Part shown: in pieces, positions 58,626-64,000 of the stretch
How the letters are laid out: the number at the start of each line of letters is the position of its first letter
Position numbering within the stretch: the stretch's first letter is position 1
Source of the DNA: Pseudomonadota bacterium
Lineage (GTDB): Bacteria > Pseudomonadota > Gammaproteobacteria > Methylococcales > Methylomonadaceae
DNA: 64,000 nucleotides
Reading direction: 5' to 3'
Assembly: GCA_039805765.1 (NCBI GenBank)
Contig: JBDLTP010000050.1
Coordinates: forward strand, 10,378 to 74,377
Position numbers and translations under genes: made by a program
Notes under the pieces: generated by a model
What the model saw: the letters and a program-made list of their open reading frames with translations, nothing else
Told to the model about the DNA's origin: nothing
The model's database searches: none

Positions 58626-60377
58626 TTAGTTCAAACCGGGTAATATCACTTTACCGCTTAAAATAGCTGGAGCGCGGCAATGATTTACAGAGCCTACTTT
58701 ATTAGCGCCATCTGCATGGGTAAATGGCATGACTGGCAATGCAGGGTTAAATGCCGTTGCACCTGAAATTGCTTTAGCTGCTGTTGCCATATAACCTGAT
58801 GCACTGGCAGCCGTCGTAGACCAACTAGCTGTCTTTAAGTTACTTTTAGCAATAATTTCAGGTTTAGACATTCCATTTACAAAAGCTTGCGCTGTTAATG
58901 ATAGCTGTGTGGTTGGAGTTGGTGTGACATAAGACAATTCAGACCAGAATTTATATTTACCATTCGCGGTATTAATTAAAGAAGGTGCATAACCATCAAT
59001 TTTAACAAAACGGAAAGGCAAGGCATTAGTCGCATTTCTATCTGCGTTAAATATCCCCACTGCCCAACGGAAATCTCCTTCAGAAGTTGCTGGAGAGAGG
59101 ACAAGAGGTTGAGTAGTTCCGGCTCCAAAGTTACCATTTCCGACGATGCCAGTCGTAGACGCTTTCTTGTTAGCCACATCAAAGCCATCTAAAGAAGCCA
59201 AACAGTTTTCAACATCACCTGAAGATTCAATTGAATGATACACTTTTGCAGCTGCATTGGGTGCTTCCGCTCCAAGAACAGATGATTGCAGAGGAAAAAT
59301 CGTTTTAGAAACAGCAGCTTGAATAGCTTCATTTACGCTGCAAGGCGCATTTTCAAACACCGTTTGAAATGTGGCTAAAGTACCTGAACCTGCGGTTCTA
59401 GAACAAATATGCACTGCCGTATTTCTAGGTGTTTTTCCTGGATTTGCTGATACTAAATTACCTGCACCATAAGACAAGTTAGTCCAATCGTTAAAGCGAC
59501 CTGATGCAAATATTGACGTAATTTGCGCAGTCGTAAATCCAGGCATACACTCTTCCGTATCAAGACCCGCACAACTAGCAGGCAATGTACCAGACGCAAT
59601 TTGTGCATTTTGCATCGCGTTACGCAATTTTAAATTAACCCCAACACCAAATACTTGTGCAGCAAAAGCTGTGGATCCCATAGTCAATGCTTTTTTTGGC
59701 AAACCGTTAGCCGCATTCGCGCCATTTAAGGGAGACACAAATTGAGCCGCGTCTACATCAGAGAGGGCAAGAACGCTAGGTCTACCAGCAGCACCTGTTG
59801 CATTAGCCGGAGCCACCACCAATTTTTCAGGTGTTGTTCCTCTACACGTCACCATAAGTGGCGCGGTAGCCGTAAGTGCCGATTGTGAACCACAAGTATA
59901 ATTAGCTTCATTAGCCGCAAAGTCTGCCAATGAGTTAAACGTCACACCCACTGCTTTGTCAGGTGTTGGAAAAGAGGAAATTAAAGGCGCTGTGATTGAA
60001 CCGTCTCTGGTTCTGTAATGAATGACATACGTTTGGTCTTTTACTAACCCGTTGGCAACTGCAGTATCTCCTGCCGTGAAGACATAAGTATATATGTTGG
60101 CAGAGGCACCTGTATTCTGATATTTGTAGATAACCGAACCGGGCTTAGCATAAGCTTCAAATGTTCTTTCTAAAAATCCTCTAGCTGCTGAAGAGCCTGC
60201 TACATAAAGATTATTAGGCAAAGGGACGTTTGCTACATTCTGAACACCTGTTTTAGTAGAAAAATCAACTTTTAATGGACTACTATTTGCAATAGTGGGT
60301 AATACAGTCAGTGAAGCCGATGCATCAACTGCAAAAATCGCAGCTGTAATGGCTGTCATCAATAATAATTTTTTCAT
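58626..60377 (-). CDS. Secreted protein with a periplasmic-binding-protein (PstS/PBP_like_2)-like core
   Basis: Signal peptide MKKLLLMTAITAAIFAVDASA. Motifs that recur in phosphate-type PBPs: YVAGSSAARGF, SRTAGSGTLATF, FVKIDGYAPS...NGKYKFWSELSY. Eight Cys. Ala/Gly/Thr/Asn-rich. Confidence 0.5.
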   Translation of the reverse strand: MKKLLLMTAITAAIFAVDASASLTVLPTIANSSPLKVDFSTKTGVQNVANVPLPNNLYVAGSSAARGFLERTFEAYAKPGSVIYKYQNTGASANIYTYVFTAGDTAVANGLVKDQTYVIHYRTRDGSITAPLISSFPTPDKAVGVTFNSLADFAANEANYTCGSQSALTATAPLMVTCRGTTPEKLVVAPANATGAAGRPSVLALSDVDAAQFVSPLNGANAANGLPKKALTMGSTAFAAQVFGVGVNLKLRNAMQNAQIASGTLPASCAGLDTEECMPGFTTAQITSIFASGRFNDWTNLSYGAGNLVSANPGKTPRNTAVHICSRTAGSGTLATFQTVFENAPCSVNEAIQAAVSKTIFPLQSSVLGAEAPNAAAKVYHSIESSGDVENCLASLDGFDVANKKASTTGIVGNGNFGAGTTQPLVLSPATSEGDFRWAVGIFNADRNATNALPFRFVKIDGYAPSLINTANGKYKFWSELSYVTPTPTTQLSLTAQAFVNGMSKPEIIAKSNLKTASWSTTAASASGYMATAAKAISGATAFNPALPVMPFTHADGANKVGSVNHCRAPAILSGKVILPGLN

Positions 60378-60595
60378 TTTGTATCTCTTAAAAAGAAAAG
60401 TAAGTAACGCATTTAAAATAAGCTAAAACATCATGTGATAAATAATAACTGGACTATTTTTCTGTGACTGAGTAATACATACATTTACCTACCTGCTATG
60501 CAGTTAATCTAATGCAACAAAACACTCAACATATGCTCATTATTCATTTCAAATAAGTCATTTTGACTACATTTAGATGACATTTTGATTACAAC

Positions 60596-61102
60596 TCAGT
60601 GACGCAACACGACTTTACTACTTACTTGATCTTTATTTACCTGCTCAGCTTCAATTGAGATTTGATTGACAGTAATACCACGCTCAGTCTCTAATACGGC
60701 AATCCATTCAATGAACCGATCAAAAGAGCAATTTTCCAACCACAAGGTGACTTTATCAGCTTCATCAGGAATCATCCGTTTGATACAAGACTTCATGTCC
60801 TGCTCCGTCCCACTCGCATCAATAATTGCCATTAGAGACTGTCCCTGTTGATTATTGTCTATTTCAGGTTGCTGATTACGAAGTCTGACTACTTCTGTGC
60901 TGATATTGTTGAGATATTCATAAGCCTGTTGCTGAGCTTTTATTTTTTGCTCCAGCACTAAGGCATCAGCTAACATCGGTTCAACAACAAGTAGATAAAC
61001 GCTATAAAACAATACAATACCCGTTGCTAATACGGCTAAAAAACGCTCTCTAGGTGATAATCCAGAAAATTGCTTTAGGTAACTATTTATGTTTAATTTC
61101 AA
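60596..61102 (-). CDS. gspM: Type II secretion system protein M
   Basis: 168 aa with GspM-like N-terminus (SGLSPRERFLAVLATGIVLFYSVYLLVVEP). Follows gspL with an overlap. Confidence 0.8.
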   Translation of the reverse strand: MKLNINSYLKQFSGLSPRERFLAVLATGIVLFYSVYLLVVEPMLADALVLEQKIKAQQQAYEYLNNISTEVVRLRNQQPEIDNNQQGQSLMAIIDASGTEQDMKSCIKRMIPDEADKVTLWLENCSFDRFIEWIAVLETERGITVNQISIEAEQVNKDQVSSKVVLRH

Positions 61103-62285
61103 ATTGCACCTCTACGCCCTCTTGATTAGCTTCTTCAGACTTTATTTTAACTAACAACTGCTGACTCGCTTCTAGTTGCTGTTTAATTTGTTCGACTTGA
61201 GAAATATCAGCAATCGTTAATTGAACTTGCAGCAAATCATCCATAAAATCAAGCTGCTTGAGCTTATAGCCCGCATTTGCATTCAACACCTCACCCGTTT
61301 CGTATAAAAGGCGCATGAACGCACTCCCCTTGGCACTGGAATTTTTTCTAAGCTCTATTATGGCTTGCTCAGCCTGCACTTTTATATTCACTAACCGTTT
61401 GACTTCAGGAAACGTTTGCTTGAACAAATCTTGAGTCTGAGTTTGCAATACGGCCAATTCGGATTTTTTTTGATGGTAGCTATAACCTAGAAATCCCATC
61501 TGCATCAAAGCCGTGACGACTATAAGCCCAAGAGAAGGTAACCATTTTTTGCCATTTAATGTCGATTTATTTTTTTTAGTCAATTCACCCGTCAATAAGT
61601 TGCAAGCACTCTCGAGTGTTGCCACGCCTGTCGCTAAAAAAGGTAAGATTGAATCCACTTTAAGATAGTTTATATCGATAGCAGGTTCTCGAATATTTAG
61701 ACTCAGCTTATCAGTTGACCAACTATTGATTGTGTTAAGTGTTGCGTTTTCCTTTACTACTTTATCTAAAAAAATGGGTAACATGTCACGATCAAAACCT
61801 GCCCCTAAGAATTTGTCATGTCTTAAAATGGCTTGCTGACCATCGATCACTATGGCACAAGTCCGCTCCTGATAAGGCAGGCATAGACTTTCAGGGTACA
61901 CACGCTCAAGTGTAATACCGGCATGTTCAAACTTCGCCAAACAGGCCTTAAATTTTGCTTTATTTGTTAATGCCACATACACTTTACCATCCGAGTGTTT
62001 TTGCCAAACACTATGATAAGTTTCCACGTCATCTACTAACAAATCCTCCAGCGCGAAAGGCAAGGCTTTTTTAATTTGACTATGACTTTTAAGCGGTAGT
62101 GCAAGGCCCAATAGCAATACCTCTGATGCAGGCAGTAACAAGGTAACGGACGTGTTTTCTGCATTGTTCGCGAGGTCTTGCAGTGTTCCTTGTTGCAACG
62201 CGCTGAGCTGCATGTTATCGACAAATAACCATTCCAGCGTTGTATCACTTTGTTTCAGCCCTCGCACGATAATTTGCTTAGTCAT
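61083..62285 (-). CDS. gspL: Type II secretion system protein L
   Basis: 400 aa with a cytoplasmic actin-like domain, one central TM (WLPSLGLIVVTALMQMGFLGY) and a periplasmic domain. Sits between gspK and gspM. Confidence 0.8.
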   Translation of the reverse strand: MTKQIIVRGLKQSDTTLEWLFVDNMQLSALQQGTLQDLANNAENTSVTLLLPASEVLLLGLALPLKSHSQIKKALPFALEDLLVDDVETYHSVWQKHSDGKVYVALTNKAKFKACLAKFEHAGITLERVYPESLCLPYQERTCAIVIDGQQAILRHDKFLGAGFDRDMLPIFLDKVVKENATLNTINSWSTDKLSLNIREPAIDINYLKVDSILPFLATGVATLESACNLLTGELTKKNKSTLNGKKWLPSLGLIVVTALMQMGFLGYSYHQKKSELAVLQTQTQDLFKQTFPEVKRLVNIKVQAEQAIIELRKNSSAKGSAFMRLLYETGEVLNANAGYKLKQLDFMDDLLQVQLTIADISQVEQIKQQLEASQQLLVKIKSEEANQEGVEVQFEIKHK

Positions 62286-63229
62286 TCCTTAACTCCTTTG
62301 CGTAAGCGCTTAATCACTTTTACCTCACCTAAATCATCACGATGCAAATGTGACGTAAACATCAAAACGTTTTTTCCCATGTCAATTTGTCCTGATAATA
62401 AAAAATGATGACTGGCAACGCTTATACTTTCTTTGTTAATAGTCATGCCCTCCATAGCTTCATCTTTTAAGAATTCGTCAATGTCTTCAAACGGTTTGCC
62501 GCTTGCGTTGTACAAAGATTCCGCTTGATTTTGAGTCATATCAGGCGCCAAAGTTCTTAACACATTAGCATTTGCGGTATTAATATTAATGGGTGTGCGC
62601 TCATAAGCAACATAGAGATAGGGGAGTAATTTTTTATAATCCTTAAGTGTCATACCTTTAAGACGCAATAACTCACTGATGTCTGAAAATGGCGCATTAG
62701 CACTTCGATAAGGAGGGGTATACTTGCTGTAGGTTTCGTCCTCGGCGCTTTTTGGCGATCTTAATTCCATATCGGCATCTATCCAATCCAGCATGACATC
62801 AACCAGATCCGTATTGATTTTTAAATTAATGAATAATCGTTTTAATCGAAGAATATCTTCTTCACTGACTTCACCATCTAGAAGTAAATTATTCAAATTA
62901 ATTCGACCTTGTAGATCAATAATATCCGCTTGAATATCGCCTTCAGGAATAGGCTTTAACGCTAACGGCTGATTCCATTTATCAGCTACATCATCATAAC
63001 TATTCTTAGCCCTATCAATGTTAAGTTGCTTCACGGCTAAGGCCTCCAGTCCATATACATATTCCCACGCCTGTATTGAACGTAATTGATTTTCTGTTCT
63101 ACGAATATCCATCTGCCTATCACTCGACATAGCAACTAAAGCGACGGTGACAACAGACAGCACTAACATAACAGTCATTAAGGCAATACCGCCCTGAGAG
63201 CGAATTTTCTGGGGATTGCTGAATTTCAT
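62282..63229 (-). CDS. gspK: Type II secretion system minor pseudopilin K
   Basis: N-terminal QGGIALMTVMLVLSVVTVALVAM, 315 aa with a helix-hairpin-helix-like central region. ATGA overlap with gspL. Confidence 0.85.
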   Translation of the reverse strand: MKFSNPQKIRSQGGIALMTVMLVLSVVTVALVAMSSDRQMDIRRTENQLRSIQAWEYVYGLEALAVKQLNIDRAKNSYDDVADKWNQPLALKPIPEGDIQADIIDLQGRINLNNLLLDGEVSEEDILRLKRLFINLKINTDLVDVMLDWIDADMELRSPKSAEDETYSKYTPPYRSANAPFSDISELLRLKGMTLKDYKKLLPYLYVAYERTPININTANANVLRTLAPDMTQNQAESLYNASGKPFEDIDEFLKDEAMEGMTINKESISVASHHFLLSGQIDMGKNVLMFTSHLHRDDLGEVKVIKRLRKGVKE

Positions 63230-63855
63230 TAATGGATTAAAAAGGTTCGATGAACACTACCCAGTCCATCCAATTTAAAACTAATATCGAGCGCCTGCGG
63301 TATTTCACCCACTAACGCCCCCCACGTCTTGGTGCTTGCATTAAAGCCTTTTATTGTGACGCCCTGGGTAACGAGAAGTTTTCGACGTCGATATTCTGTT
63401 TGCTGCGTTCTATCCGGTATCGTCCAAACCCGTCTATATAACGCGTCTTTTTCTAAGCTGTAACTCACTCTTAATAGCTTATTTTCACTTGAATCCATTG
63501 ACCATGAAGGCGTGGTACGAGTCAAAACCAATATTTCATTACCCCGTCCTATTGAAAAAGCAGGCTCTGAAGAGCCGAATTGATCTCTAATTGGTCTATT
63601 GATGACTTGGTTTAAATCTTCATTGAGTAAATATAAGGTGGTTTGCAATTGTGCTAGTTGTTGAGATCTGGGCACGGTACTTGCCCTAGCATCTAAAATG
63701 GCAGCGAGGCCGGCGTAAGCCATCATCGACATGATAGCGAAAATGGCTAGGGCTATTAATATTTCAAGTAAAGTAAAGCCTTGCTGCTTTGAATATTTGA
63801 GCGTAGCGTTAGAGAGTGGAATCATTTTGGTAATTTGAGCATATTGCTTGCGCAT
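63229..63855 (-). CDS. gspJ: Type II secretion system minor pseudopilin J
   Basis: Prepilin motif QQGFTLLEILIALAIFAIM. Start uncertain (ATG 63855 or 63825). The track GTG at 63885 overlaps gspI. Confidence 0.85.
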   Translation of the reverse strand: MRKQYAQITKMIPLSNATLKYSKQQGFTLLEILIALAIFAIMSMMAYAGLAAILDARASTVPRSQQLAQLQTTLYLLNEDLNQVINRPIRDQFGSSEPAFSIGRGNEILVLTRTTPSWSMDSSENKLLRVSYSLEKDALYRRVWTIPDRTQQTEYRRRKLLVTQGVTIKGFNASTKTWGALVGEIPQALDISFKLDGLGSVHRTFLIH

Positions 63856-63865
63856 GAAAGGGTCA

Positions 63866-64000
63866 TCAGATTTCGGCAATATCACTCAGCAAGCTAACCA
63901 AGGGTTGTTTATCTCCTTCGAGAAACACCTCAATGCGATATCGCCATACGCCCGATAGACTTGAAACATGACGTTTAATCTGCCAATACCAGCGTCGACC
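63866..64000 (-). CDS. gspI: Type II secretion system minor pseudopilin I (C-terminal part only; 5' end outside the window)
   Basis: Manual translation gives ...RRWYWQIKRHVSSLSGVWRYRIEVFLEGDKQPLVSLLSDIAEI* with the stop at 63866-63868, a GspI-like C-terminus. Positioned before gspJ. Confidence 0.65.
   Translation of the reverse strand, partial: GRRWYWQIKRHVSSLSGVWRYRIEVFLEGDKQPLVSLLSDIAEI

Overview
AT-rich chromosomal segment with gammaproteobacterial gene order. Housekeeping blocks: zapA-6S RNA, ygfB-pepP-ubiH, trmB, nrdJ, rluC divergent from rne, and nqrABCDEF. Accessory blocks sit between them. (i) 10.3-17 kb: a degraded HD-domain fragment, an SmbP-like small metal-binding protein and a cation cluster (NhaD, an unusual K+ channel, Kup). 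(ii) 17-23.6 kb: a tightly packed minus-strand five-gene unit of FGE-like protein, HupE/UreJ, HupE_UreJ_2, TonB-dependent receptor and GH30. (iii) 24-26.7 kb: an Aer-type PAS chemoreceptor coupled to a DUF4390 protein. (iv) 38-41 kb: a MacB/FtsX-type ABC pair. (v) 41-46 kb: a crtN-ald-crtNb C30 carotenoid cluster. (vi) 46-58 kb: a two-partner secretion pair whose exoprotein is 3498 aa. (vii) 58.6-64 kb: a secreted PstS-fold-like protein followed by gspI-J-K-L-M. I found no tRNA/rRNA, transposase, integrase, CRISPR array or recognisable phage-defence or toxin-antitoxin genes. The ORF track misses four things: a 6S RNA, a tandem NrdR operator, several intrinsic terminators, and two CDSs that run off the window edges. 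The candidates for something undescribed, best first, are the FGE-like/HupE/HupE2/TBDR/GH30 operon, the K+ channel with a duplicated voltage sensor, and the secreted PBP-like protein between the T2SS and TPS loci. None is proven, and all functional calls rest on motif recognition by eye without database searches.
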